Below are positions 25,116 through 34,147 of a stretch of DNA of 64,000 bases, in pieces; within the stretch, counting starts at the first letter, position 1; the number at the start of each line of letters is the position of its first letter. The notes beneath the pieces are model-generated. The model saw nothing but the letters and a program-made list of their open reading frames with translations. It had not been told where the DNA came from and searched no databases. The position numbers and the translations under genes were made by a program. The stretch is taken from assembly GCA_045661305.1 (NCBI GenBank), contig JAZRFJ010000028.1, positions 5,234 through 69,233 of the forward strand, read 5' to 3'. This stretch comes from Clostridia bacterium (GTDB lineage: Bacteria > Bacillota > Clostridia > UMGS1840).

Positions 25116-26297
25116 TTATATTAATTTTTGTGTTTCAAGTGCAATCATAAGCTCTTCATTTGTAGGAATAACAAGAGTTTTAACTTTTGCACCCTCTTTT
25201 GTAATATCAACAGTACCTCTTGTGCTGTTCTTATCCTGGTCGATTTCTATTCCCATAAACTCAAGACCTGAAACTATGTCAGCTCTCATTTTTGCATCGT
25301 TTTCACCAATACCGGCTGTAAATACAACTGCATCTACTCCGCCCATTGCTGCAGCATATGCACCTATATATTTTTTAACACCGTATTCAAATATTTCAAG
25401 CGCAAGTGCACATCTTTCATCGCCTGCTTCTTTTCCTGCACACAAATCTCTGAAGTCTGATGATTTTCCTGAAATACCTAAAACTCCTGATTCTTTGTTA
25501 AGAATTGTGAGCACTTCTGATACTGAAATACCTCTCTTATTAGCAATAAACTCAACTATTGCAGGGTCTAAATCTCCAGAACGGGTTCCCATTGCTATAC
25601 CTGCAAGCGGTGTAAGTCCCATTGTTGTATCAACTGATTTTCCGCCGTTTACAGCAGTTATTGAGGAACCGTTTCCTAAATGACAGGTAACAATTTTGAG
25701 ATCTTTAGCATCTTTTCCAAGATACTCTGCAGCTTTCATTGATACATACTTATGGCTTGTTCCATGAAAACCGTATCTTCTGATACCATACTCCTTATAA
25801 AACTCGTAAGGAAGTGCATATATATATGCTTTTTGAGGCATTGACTGATGGAAAGCAGTATCAAACACGCCAACCTGTGGAACATTCGGAAGAATTTTTT
25901 TGCATGCTTCAATACCGATTATGTTCGGAGGATTGTGAAGCGGAGCAAGCTCGATACATTCATCAAGTGCATTCATAACTGCTTCTGTGATAACACATGA
26001 GCCGTTGAATTTCTCACCGCCGTGAACAACTCTGTGTCCAATAGCATTGATTTCTTCCATAGATGAGATAACACCCATTTCTTTATCTGTAAGGCTGTTA
26101 AGAACAGCGTTTATAGCATCGCTATGGTCTTTTAAAGGAAGCTCTTTTTCAAACTTCTGTCCGTCTTTTTCATGCTTTAATTTTCCGTCTATACCTATTC
26201 TTTCGCATAAGCCTTTAGCCATAACTGTTTCATTATCCATATTTATAAGCTGATATTTAAGTGATGAGCTTCCGGCATTGATTACTAATACTTTCAT
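25116..26297 (-). CDS. ackA: acetate kinase
   Basis: 393 aa. [17 protein letters not shown] and the HRVVHGG and FHGTSH motifs. Confidence 0.97.
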   Translation of the reverse strand: MKVLVINAGSSSLKYQLINMDNETVMAKGLCERIGIDGKLKHEKDGQKFEKELPLKDHSDAINAVLNSLTDKEMGVISSMEEINAIGHRVVHGGEKFNGSCVITEAVMNALDECIELAPLHNPPNIIGIEACKKILPNVPQVGVFDTAFHQSMPQKAYIYALPYEFYKEYGIRRYGFHGTSHKYVSMKAAEYLGKDAKDLKIVTCHLGNGSSITAVNGGKSVDTTMGLTPLAGIAMGTRSGDLDPAIVEFIANKRGISVSEVLTILNKESGVLGISGKSSDFRDLCAGKEAGDERCALALEIFEYGVKKYIGAYAAAMGGVDAVVFTAGIGENDAKMRADIVSGLEFMGIEIDQDKNSTRGTVDITKEGAKVKTLVIPTNEELMIALETQKLI

Positions 26298-26366
26298 TTT
26301 TTATTTTTCCTTTCTTTTTCTCTCTTTTTTCTTTTGTATTTATTTGTGTAATGCTTAAATTTTAAC

Positions 26367-26475
26367 TTGGATTTTGGATGAGAAAATTTGACTTTCGAGG
26401 AAGCTTGCCGCAGGTGTATATAGATACATCGAGGAAAAGCTGACGATGAAAACGAATTTTATCGCCAAAAGCCAA
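26367..26475 (+). repeat. imperfect long palindrome with a central GGTGTAT-atag-ATACATC hairpin in the pta-ackA spacer (possible degenerate relative of family E)
   Basis: The outer arms TTGGATTTTGGATGAGAAAATT and AATTTTATCGCCAAAAGCCAA are partly complementary. The central hairpin at 26413-26430 and the flanking CGCAG...CGAGG resemble the CGAAG-hairpin-CGAGAGG core of E1/E2. Confidence 0.35.
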
Positions 26476-26481
26476 TTAAAA

Positions 26482-27471
26482 TTACTGAGCTTGTACGGCT
26501 GTTATTGCCACTACTCCTACTATGTCTTCGCTGCTGCAACCACGGGATAAGTCATTTATCGGCATTGCAATACCCTGTGTTATACGACCGTACGCTTCTG
26601 CTTTTGCAAGACGCTGAACGAGTTTATAACCGATGTTTCCTGCATCTAAGTCACGGAAACACAGAACATTTGCTTTACCTGCAACATCACTGTCAGGAGC
26701 TTTTGATGAGCCGACTGACGGAACGATAGCAGCATCAAGCTGAAGCTCTCCGTCAACCTTAAGGTTGGGGTTATTTTCTTTACATATTCTTGTAGCTTCT
26801 ACAACCTTGTCCACATCTTGATGCTTTGCACTTCCCTTTGTTGAGTGTGAAAGCATTGCAACGATTGCTTCTTTTTCAACTAAAAGCTCAAAAGATTCAG
26901 CACTGCAAGCAGCTATTGCAGCAAGCTTTTCAGGGTCAGGATTCTGTTCTAAACCGCTGTCAGCGAATATAAATGTTCCGTCCGCACCATATTCACAGTT
27001 TGGAACTTCCATAAGGAAAAATGCTGATACAAGCTTAACACCAGGTTTTGTTTTTATAATCTGTAAGCTTGGGCGAAGTGTGTTTGCAGTTGAGTGACAT
27101 GCACCAGAAACAACACCGTCTGCGTCACCTGCCTTAACCATAAGACAAGCATAGTACATATAATCTCCCAAAGCTGTTTTTTTAGCTTCTTCATAAGTAA
27201 GACCTTTTGATTTTCTCAGTTCAACAAAAAGGTTTAAGTATTCTTCTGTTTTTTCATAAGTAAACGGGTCAATAATTTTAGCTTTTTTAATATCAAGACC
27301 TGCACTGTTTTTCTCTACTTCTTCCTTTGTACCAATAATAATGAGGTCGGCAATATCTTCTTTTAATATAATTTCAGCTGCCTCAAATGTTCTTCTGTCC
27401 ATTGATTCGGGCAGAACAATTGTTTTTTTGTTCATTCTTGCTCTTTCTTTGATTCTGTCAATAAAAGCCAT
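26482..27471 (-). CDS. pta: phosphate acetyltransferase
   Basis: Start placed at MAFIDRIKERA (27471, RBS GGAGGAG) rather than the track start at 27543. Typical Pta sequence (TIVLPES..., GADGVVSGA, HSTKGS). Confidence 0.95.
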   Translation of the reverse strand: MAFIDRIKERARMNKKTIVLPESMDRRTFEAAEIILKEDIADLIIIGTKEEVEKNSAGLDIKKAKIIDPFTYEKTEEYLNLFVELRKSKGLTYEEAKKTALGDYMYYACLMVKAGDADGVVSGACHSTANTLRPSLQIIKTKPGVKLVSAFFLMEVPNCEYGADGTFIFADSGLEQNPDPEKLAAIAACSAESFELLVEKEAIVAMLSHSTKGSAKHQDVDKVVEATRICKENNPNLKVDGELQLDAAIVPSVGSSKAPDSDVAGKANVLCFRDLDAGNIGYKLVQRLAKAEAYGRITQGIAMPINDLSRGCSSEDIVGVVAITAVQAQ

Positions 27472-27664
27472 TTTATCTCCTCCTGAAATTAAGGGAAAAA
27501 CCCATAATATTATATGATAATCATTATATACCAAAAAATACAATTTTTCAAGTCTTTTTTGAATTTTTTAAAATTTCATTTCATTTTTCTTTTTTTATTT
27601 GACTTTTATACATTATTATGGTACAATTCATTTATAAATACAGTAATTAAGAGGTGTAACAGAT

Positions 27665-28543
27665 ATGGCACTTAGTATGACCGGCTACGGAAGAGAAAAG
27701 AACTTAAGCGGTAATTATGAGGTAAGCGTTGAAATTAAATCTGTAAACAACAGATATTTTGATGCAAACATAAGAGTACCGAAAGTCTTTAATTTTTTAG
27801 AAGAAAGAGTAAGAAAATACTTATCTGAAAGAATAAACAGAGGTAAGGTTGATGTTTTCATATTTATGAGAAATACCGTTGAAGATGAGTCTGATATTTC
27901 TTATAATAAAGACCTTGCAAAAAAATATTACGACGTTTTTAAAGAAATTTCCGTTAATCTTGATATTCCTTTTGACCTTACAGCAACAAAGCTTGGTAAA
28001 ATGAATGATATTTTCACTATTTCGCAAAAAGAGTTCAGCGAAGACGAAATTTTTGAAATTTTAAAGCCTGTACTTGATAAAGCTACCGATGATTTTATAG
28101 ATATGAGAAAAAAAGAAGGCAAACGCTTAGAGGAAGATGTTTTATCAAGAATAGAAAAGCTTAAGGGAATTGTATCTGAAATTGAAAAGCTTTTACCACA
28201 GTCTGTTAAAGAATATGAGCAAAGACTTCGTTCAAAGCTCGACGAATACTTAAAAGGCGTTGAATATGACGAACAGCGTGTTTTAACAGAAGTTGCAATC
28301 TTCTCCGACAAGGTTGCTACATTTGAAGAAACTACAAGATTAAGAAGTCATTTTGAAGAATTTTTAAGTCTTGTATCAAAACAAAGTCCTGTCGGAAAAA
28401 AACTTGATTTTATCATTCAGGAAATGAACAGAGAAGTAAATACAACCTGTTCAAAGTGCCAGAGTATTGAAATTTCAAAGCTTGGAATTGAAGCAAAATC
28501 AGAAATTGAGGCGATACGCGAACAAATCCAAAATATCGAATAA
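27665..28543 (+). CDS. yicC: YicC/YloC family endoribonuclease
   Basis: 292 aa. MTGYGR start motif and the C-terminal EMNREVNT / EQIQNIE signature. Confidence 0.9.
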   Translation: MALSMTGYGREKNLSGNYEVSVEIKSVNNRYFDANIRVPKVFNFLEERVRKYLSERINRGKVDVFIFMRNTVEDESDISYNKDLAKKYYDVFKEISVNLDIPFDLTATKLGKMNDIFTISQKEFSEDEIFEILKPVLDKATDDFIDMRKKEGKRLEEDVLSRIEKLKGIVSEIEKLLPQSVKEYEQRLRSKLDEYLKGVEYDEQRVLTEVAIFSDKVATFEETTRLRSHFEEFLSLVSKQSPVGKKLDFIIQEMNREVNTTCSKCQSIEISKLGIEAKSEIEAIREQIQNIE

Positions 28544-28556
28544 AGATGTGAAACAA

Positions 28557-29213
28557 ATGACAAAAAAAGAACGATTTTTTAAAATAAAAGCTGAGCTTGA
28601 TAAGCTTTATAAAAACCCGCATTGCACACTTAACTATAACTCCCCTTTTGAGCTTCTTATTGCAACAATGCTTGCAGCACAGTGTACAGATGCAAGAGTA
28701 AATATCGTTACAGAACAAATGTTTAGAAAATATAATACTCCCCAAATGTTTTCAAAGCTAAGGCTTGAAGAAATCGAAGAAGAAATAAAATCAACAGGCT
28801 TTTATAAAAACAAGGCAAAAAACATTAAAAAATGTTCAATACAGCTTTTGGAAAAATATAACGGAGAAGTTCCTGAAAATATGGAGGATTTGGTTTCTCT
28901 TGCAGGGGTAGGCAGAAAAACTGCGAATGTTGTACGCGGTGAAATTTTTAATAAACCTGCCATTGTTATAGATACTCACGCAAAAAGGCTTGCCAACAGA
29001 ATGGGACTTACAAAAAGCGATGACCCTGTAAAAATCGAATTTGAACTGAAAAAATTCATTCCCGAAGAATATCAGTTTCAATTTTGCCACTGTCTTGTTT
29101 TTCACGGTCGTGAAATATGCAAGGCACAAAAGCCACTTTGCCAGGCTTGTCCGATTAACAGCTTTTGTCCACATAATTTAAAAAAAGATAAAGAAACTAA
29201 AAAAGGAAAATGA
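28557..29213 (+). CDS. nth: endonuclease III
   Basis: Start at MTKKERFF (28557). HhH-GPD motif (LVSLAGVGRKTANVV) and the C-terminal 4Fe-4S Cys cluster CxxxxxxCxxCxxxxxC. Confidence 0.92.
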   Translation: MTKKERFFKIKAELDKLYKNPHCTLNYNSPFELLIATMLAAQCTDARVNIVTEQMFRKYNTPQMFSKLRLEEIEEEIKSTGFYKNKAKNIKKCSIQLLEKYNGEVPENMEDLVSLAGVGRKTANVVRGEIFNKPAIVIDTHAKRLANRMGLTKSDDPVKIEFELKKFIPEEYQFQFCHCLVFHGREICKAQKPLCQACPINSFCPHNLKKDKETKKGK

Positions 29214-29668
29214 TTATGATTTTATATATAACAATCTGTACAATTATCATAGCATTAACCCGTGCGTTTTCATACTGGGGAATATATGTTTTAAAAGATA
29301 ACCCGATTGTGCTTATAAAAAATGTGCTTAACCTTACTTATGTTGAAAATACAGGTGCGGCATTCGGAATTTTCAATAATCATACAAGCATTCTTTCAGT
29401 TATCGGAATAATATTTTTTATTATCATAACATACATTGTTGCATCTAAGAAATTAAAAGGCACTTCCTTTGTCGTTGCACTTGCATTTTTAGCGGGCGGC
29501 GGAATTTCAAATGTATGTGACAGAATAAAGTTCGGGTTTGTAGTGGACTATATTGATTTTACACTTATAAATTATCCTGTTTTCAATCTTGCTGATATTT
29601 GTGTGGTTTTAAGCTGTATATTTATATTTATAAAAATTCTTTTTACAAAAGAAAGTGATGAAAAATAG
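29210..29668 (+). CDS. lspA: lipoprotein signal peptidase II
   Basis: 152 aa with four TM helices, NTGAAFG and FNLAD motifs. ATGA overlap with the nth stop. Confidence 0.9.
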   Translation: MIMILYITICTIIIALTRAFSYWGIYVLKDNPIVLIKNVLNLTYVENTGAAFGIFNNHTSILSVIGIIFFIIITYIVASKKLKGTSFVVALAFLAGGGISNVCDRIKFGFVVDYIDFTLINYPVFNLADICVVLSCIFIFIKILFTKESDEK

Positions 29669-29670
29669 CT

Positions 29671-30600
29671 ATGGAAGAAAAAAAACTCACTGCTGATGTC
29701 TGTGAGCCTGTAAGAGCAGATAAGTATATAGTTTCTGCCCTGTCGGAGCTTACCAGAAGCCACATTCAAAAGCTTATTGAAGACGGAAATGTTCTTATAA
29801 ACGGAAAAACATGTTCAAAAAAGACTTTAGTAAAAAAAGATGATGAAATAACAGTTTTAATCCCAGAGCCTGAGCTTCTTGATGCAAAACCGCAGGATAT
29901 CCCTATTGATATTGTTTATGAAGATGATGATGTGATAATCGTCAATAAACCGAGAAATATGGTTGTTCACCCAGCCGGCGGAAATCCTGACGGCACACTT
30001 GTGAATGCACTTATGTACAGGTTTTCTGACAGTCTTTCTACTATAAACGGAGTTATCCGCCCTGGAATTGTACACAGAATTGATAAAGATACTACGGGGA
30101 TTCTTATGGTCGCAAAAAATGACCGTTCGCATCTTTTTTTGTCCGAACAAATTAAAGACCACTCGTTTGTAAGAGAATATATTGCACTTTGTGACGGAAA
30201 TATTAAAGAAGATACAAAAAGAATAGATAAGCCCATCGGGAGAAGCGAAAAAGACAGAAAAAAGATGGCTGTCACTATGAAAAACTCAAAAGAGGCAATA
30301 ACAGATATTGAAGTAATAAAGAGATTTGGTACACATACACTCATAAAGTGCAAGCTTTATACAGGCAGAACGCACCAGATAAGAGTACATTTATCATCAA
30401 TCGGTCATGCTATAACAGGTGATAGTGTTTACGGTGCGAAAAAGCAACCCCTCTTTGACAAGGGACAGCTTCTTCATGCTTATAAGCTTGGCTTTATTCA
30501 TCCAAAAACAAATAAATACATCGAATTTACCAAAGATATACCTGAAGAATTTGAAAAAGTTCTTAAAAAACTTCAAGGAAAGGAAAATGATTTACTATGA
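29671..30600 (+). CDS. rluD: RluA-family 23S rRNA pseudouridine synthase (RluD-like)
   Basis: 309 aa with N-terminal S4 domain, and the HRIDKDTTG catalytic motif plus GRTHQIR. Confidence 0.9.
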   Translation: MEEKKLTADVCEPVRADKYIVSALSELTRSHIQKLIEDGNVLINGKTCSKKTLVKKDDEITVLIPEPELLDAKPQDIPIDIVYEDDDVIIVNKPRNMVVHPAGGNPDGTLVNALMYRFSDSLSTINGVIRPGIVHRIDKDTTGILMVAKNDRSHLFLSEQIKDHSFVREYIALCDGNIKEDTKRIDKPIGRSEKDRKKMAVTMKNSKEAITDIEVIKRFGTHTLIKCKLYTGRTHQIRVHLSSIGHAITGDSVYGAKKQPLFDKGQLLHAYKLGFIHPKTNKYIEFTKDIPEEFEKVLKKLQGKENDLL

Positions 30601-31595
30601 AAATAACGATTTTAGGCTCAGGAGGCTGGGGTACTGCACTTGCGTGTACGCTTTCTAAAAATTCTAAAAAAGATATCCTCCTTTGGTCATTATTTGAAAA
30701 TGAAATAAAGGCTTTAAAAGAAGAAAAAGAAAATAAAGCATTTCTTCCCGGGGTTAAGCTTCCCGATGAAATTGAATATTCATCCGACCTTGAATATAGT
30801 GTAAAAAGAGCAGAAATTGTCATTTTTGCAGTACCGTCCTTTGCGATGCGTGAAACGGCAAAAAAAGCATCTTTATACTTTAATCCCGAAACACAGATTG
30901 CAGTCTGTGTGGCAAAAGGTCTTGAAGACAGTACATTTATGACTCTGGGAGAAGTTATAGAATCAGAATTGCCGAAAAACAGCCGTGTTTGTGCGCTCAG
31001 CGGTCCTACACACGCAGAAGAGGTTGCAAGAGATATTCCTACAACAATCGTTGCTGCAGCTAAAGATATAAAAACTGCTCAGATTGTTCAGGAAAGTATG
31101 ATGAATGACAAATTCAGAATATATACCTCTGATGATATGAAGGGTGTCGAGCTTGGCGGAACAATAAAAAATATTATTGCACTTTGTGCAGGAATTTCAG
31201 ATGGTTGCGGATTTGGTGACAACGCGAAAGCTGCACTTATGACAAGGGGTATTCACGAGATTGCAAATCTTGGCGTTGCTATGGGCGGAAAAAGAGAAAC
31301 ATTCTATGGTTTGTCGGGAATAGGTGACTTAATTGTAACCTGCACAAGTATGCACTCCAGAAACAGAAGATGCGGAATTTTAATCGGAAAAGGTATGAAA
31401 GCCGATGATGCAATGAAAGAAGTAAATATGGTTGTAGAAGGTGTTAAATGCTTAAAAGCTGTTTATAATGCTGCAAAAAAATGTAATGTTGAAATGCCTA
31501 TTATAAACGAAGCTTATGATGTTATCTATAATAATAAAAATCCTTTTGACTGCGTAAATGCACTTATGACAAGAGATAAAAAATCTGAGCTTTAA
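30597..31595 (+). CDS. gpsA: NAD(P)H-dependent glycerol-3-phosphate dehydrogenase
   Basis: 332 aa. GSGGWGTALA Rossmann motif, GPTHAEEV and GTIKNIIA blocks. Confidence 0.95.
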   Translation: MKITILGSGGWGTALACTLSKNSKKDILLWSLFENEIKALKEEKENKAFLPGVKLPDEIEYSSDLEYSVKRAEIVIFAVPSFAMRETAKKASLYFNPETQIAVCVAKGLEDSTFMTLGEVIESELPKNSRVCALSGPTHAEEVARDIPTTIVAAAKDIKTAQIVQESMMNDKFRIYTSDDMKGVELGGTIKNIIALCAGISDGCGFGDNAKAALMTRGIHEIANLGVAMGGKRETFYGLSGIGDLIVTCTSMHSRNRRCGILIGKGMKADDAMKEVNMVVEGVKCLKAVYNAAKKCNVEMPIINEAYDVIYNNKNPFDCVNALMTRDKKSEL

Positions 31596-32467
31596 TGATT
31601 GTAAATAAAAAGAACCTTTATTTGTCACTTCTAATCATTGCTGCCTTTATGCTTATCTACATTGTTCTATATTATTGTCAACCTTATATAATAACAAAAG
31701 ATAAGCTTACTATTGAATTTATTGACACAGGGAAGTCAGACAGTATTTTTATAAAATTCCCCAACGGAAAAACTGCTCTTGTAGACGGCGGTTTTGCAAA
31801 TTCTCTGCCCAAAATACAAAGCACACTTTATAAATACCGCGTCAGAGAAATTGATTATTTAATAGCAACCCATCAGCATGATGACCATATTGGCTCTTTT
31901 TATGATATTTTAAATATTTACGATGTAAATGGCATCTATATGCCAGCCTCCCCCATAGAAAATGGTAAGCTCGTTAATTTGGAAAACGAAATAGAAGAAA
32001 ATAACATTCCGCTTTATTTTTCAAAGCATGGTGATGTACTGATAGACGAGAGTGATATTTTTTTAAAAGTTATCTCTCCGTTTCCCCAGGATAAATACTA
32101 TGAAGAAAACGATTACAGCCTTGTTTTCTATCTAACCTACAAAGACTCATCTTTTCTTTTTATGGGTGATGCAACAAGAAAAATTGAAATTCTTTTGATG
32201 AAGTATTATGAGGAAGAACTGAAAAAAGCTGATGTTATAAAGCTTGGTCATCATGGAAGCGATACATCAAGCTCTTATAATTTTTTAGAAAAAATAAGTC
32301 CGCGTTATGCAGTTGTTACAACTGATGAAAACGGAGAAAATAAACTTTCCAAAAATCTTCTTAACAAATTAAATGAACTTAAAATAAAGCTCTTTTCTAC
32401 AAATAAATACGGGAATATTTCTTTCATTTCAGACGGAAATGATATTAAAATAATAACAGAAAGATGA
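31595..32467 (+). CDS. membrane-anchored MBL-fold hydrolase (ComEC C-terminal-domain-like)
   Basis: 290 aa with N-terminal TM helix and the HQHDDH metallo-beta-lactamase motif, then LGHHGS. Confidence 0.75.
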   Translation: MIVNKKNLYLSLLIIAAFMLIYIVLYYCQPYIITKDKLTIEFIDTGKSDSIFIKFPNGKTALVDGGFANSLPKIQSTLYKYRVREIDYLIATHQHDDHIGSFYDILNIYDVNGIYMPASPIENGKLVNLENEIEENNIPLYFSKHGDVLIDESDIFLKVISPFPQDKYYEENDYSLVFYLTYKDSSFLFMGDATRKIEILLMKYYEEELKKADVIKLGHHGSDTSSSYNFLEKISPRYAVVTTDENGENKLSKNLLNKLNELKIKLFSTNKYGNISFISDGNDIKIITER

Positions 32468-32569
32468 ATTGGGGATTTATTATTAAAAAACGGCAGAATC
32501 AGATATGATTCCCTGACATAATTTTTCACTTGACATATAATATATGTATAAAATTCTAAAAAAGGAGAA

Positions 32570-33178
32570 ATGAATATGAATATATGTGTATACGGAGCTT
32601 CAAGCGATATGATAAAAAAAGATTATATAAAAATGGGTGAAGAACTCGGAAGAAGACTTGTTGAACGCGGGCACCAACTTGTTTACGGCGCAGGCGGTAA
32701 AGGAATGATGGGTGCTGTTGCAAGAGGTGCTTACGAAAAGAACGGTCATATTATCGGTGTTGTACCGAGATTTTTCAATGCTGACGGAGTTTTGTTTGAC
32801 AACTGCACAGAGCTTATCAGAACAAATACCATGCGTGAGAGAAAGCAGATAATGGAAGACAGTTCAGATGCCTTTATAACAACTCCGGGCGGTATCGGAA
32901 CATTTGAAGAATTTTTTGAAATTCTTACCCTAAAACAGCTTGCAAGAACAAATAAGCCGATATGTATTTTTGATATTGACGGATATTATGACGAGCTTCT
33001 TTCACTTATGCACCACGCAATTGAAGAAAACTTTATGAAAGAAGAATGTACAGAATTATATAAGGTTTTCACAGAAATTGACCCGATGCTCGATTATATT
33101 GAAAACTATGACCCTGATGATGTTAATTTACTCGAAATGAAAGATATTCATGAAGAAAAGGAAATAAAAAATGTATAA
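32570..33178 (+). CDS. LOG family (TIGR00730) nucleotide phosphoribohydrolase
   Basis: 202 aa with GGGKGMMG and PGGIGTFEE motifs. Confidence 0.85.
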   Translation: MNMNICVYGASSDMIKKDYIKMGEELGRRLVERGHQLVYGAGGKGMMGAVARGAYEKNGHIIGVVPRFFNADGVLFDNCTELIRTNTMRERKQIMEDSSDAFITTPGGIGTFEEFFEILTLKQLARTNKPICIFDIDGYYDELLSLMHHAIEENFMKEECTELYKVFTEIDPMLDYIENYDPDDVNLLEMKDIHEEKEIKNV

Positions 33179-34091
33179 AATTAATCTTGGCTCATCAAAT
33201 TTTAAAGTTCCGACAATGGCTGTGGGCTGTATGAGAATTAATAGCACCGATAAGAAAAATGCCGAAATATTTTTAAGGACTGCTATTGAGTACGGTGCAA
33301 ACTTTTTTGACCATGCCGATATATATGGCAGAGGCGAATGTGAAGAAATTTTTTCTGATGTTCTTGATATGGGAAACAGTATAAGGGAAAAAATCATTCT
33401 CCAGACAAAATGCGGAATTGTACCCGGTAAGATGTATGATTTTTCAAAGGAACATATTATAACTTCAGTTGAAAAAAGCTTAAAACGACTTAAAACTGAT
33501 TATGTAAATGTACTTTTACTGCACCGCCCTGACGCACTTTGCGAGCCTGAAGAAGTAGCAGAAGCTTTTTCTGTTCTTAAAAATAGCGGAAAAGTTCTTC
33601 ATTTCGGTGTTTCAAATCATAATCCTATGCAGATTGAACTGTTGAAGAAATATCTTGATGTGCCTATCGTTGCAAATCAGCTTCAACTAAGCATCACAAA
33701 CTGCACAATGATTTCAAATTCCATTAATGTAAATATGGAAAATTATTCATCAACTATGAGAGACGGCTCAGTTTTGGACTACTCAAGACTAAATGATATA
33801 ACAATTCAAGCCTGGTCGCCGTTTCAGTATGGATTTTTTGAAGGCGTTTTTATTGATAGTGATAAATTCCCTGAGCTTAATAAAAAGCTTTCTGAAATTG
33901 CTGAAAAATATAATGTTACAAAAACAACTATCGCATTCTCGTGGCTTCTTCGCCATCCTGCAAAATTCCAGCCTGTTACAGGCACTATGAATGTAGATAG
34001 ACTGAAAGATTGCATAAAAGCAACAGAGATAAAGCTTACAAGAGAAGAATGGTACGAAATTTATAAGAGTGCTGGAAACACACTACCATAA
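33171..34091 (+). CDS. aldo/keto reductase
   Basis: 306 aa. FFDHADIYG, LLLHRPD and GVSNH motifs. Confidence 0.85.
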   Translation: MYKINLGSSNFKVPTMAVGCMRINSTDKKNAEIFLRTAIEYGANFFDHADIYGRGECEEIFSDVLDMGNSIREKIILQTKCGIVPGKMYDFSKEHIITSVEKSLKRLKTDYVNVLLLHRPDALCEPEEVAEAFSVLKNSGKVLHFGVSNHNPMQIELLKKYLDVPIVANQLQLSITNCTMISNSINVNMENYSSTMRDGSVLDYSRLNDITIQAWSPFQYGFFEGVFIDSDKFPELNKKLSEIAEKYNVTKTTIAFSWLLRHPAKFQPVTGTMNVDRLKDCIKATEIKLTREEWYEIYKSAGNTLP

Positions 34092-34147
34092 ATACCAAAA
34101 AAAAGACAACCAAAAAAATTTTGGCTGTCTTTTTTACTGTTTTTTTA

